Of a DNA stretch of 64,000 bases, positions 63,876 to 64,000 are shown piece by piece. The notes under the pieces are model-generated. The model had not been told where the DNA came from, did no database searches, and saw only the letters and a program-made list of their open reading frames with translations. Location: the NCBI GenBank assembly GCA_022779305.1, contig JALFSW010000057.1, forward strand, positions 11,910 to 75,909, in the 5' to 3' direction. Positions within the stretch are counted from its first letter, which is position 1, and each line of letters starts with the position of its first letter. The position numbers and the translations under genes were made by a program. Source of the DNA: Prevotella sp. (GTDB taxonomy: Bacteria > Bacteroidota > Bacteroidia > Bacteroidales > Bacteroidaceae).

Positions 63876-64000
63876 ATTTCCCTTTCTCTTCGTATGGAAA
63901 ATACTATTCCATCTTTGTTATTTATCCATACTCTGTAAAAAAAGACTTTCGTTCCAATTGATGAATATCAACCGTAAAACGACGTTTTTTAACAAGTTCC

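Overview
The window looks like a chromosomal segment of a Bacteroidota genome, probably Prevotellaceae-like. That placement is an inference from three things: many perfect TAnnTTTG -7 boxes, DUF4293, DUF4924 and DUF5103-type genes, and a bamD-rpoZ-DUF4293 gene order. It is densely packed with about 61 mostly housekeeping CDSs:
- fmt (partial), a ClC channel, tsaC, rpe, prfC, rfbD and rfbC, truA, dapA, menA, uvrB, bamD, ribE, trxB, ogt and a class A PBP.
- A complete gcvT-gcvH-gcvPA-gcvPB-lpdA glycine-cleavage cluster.
- Two tandem deoxynucleoside kinases.
- A TPM and LemA pair followed by ExbB, a small membrane protein and two ExbD genes.

I found no rRNA, tRNA, CRISPR array or intact mobile element. 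The only transposon trace is a roughly 180-bp frameshifted N-terminal remnant of a transposase at 27866-28043.

The observations most worth a second look are:
1. A three-gene operon at 34404-39312. It encodes an 1188-aa, four-TM, two-sensor-domain histidine kinase whose best H-box lies C-terminal to the ATPase domain. A LuxR-type response regulator and a translationally coupled mini membrane protein follow it.
2. A dispersed family of 3-4 tandem ~22-bp units, each built on the palindromic core TGAG(G/C)CTCA. It occurs at five intergenic loci. Two loci fold into intrinsic terminators, and one is bracketed by inverted ~21-28-bp repeats in a MITE-like arrangement.
3. A ~320-nt promoter, structured leader and terminator arrangement upstream of ribE. 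By eye it lacks the FMN-riboswitch consensus.
4. An orphan UpxY-type antiterminator with no polysaccharide locus downstream.

All family assignments come from reading motifs in the supplied translations. No database search was run.
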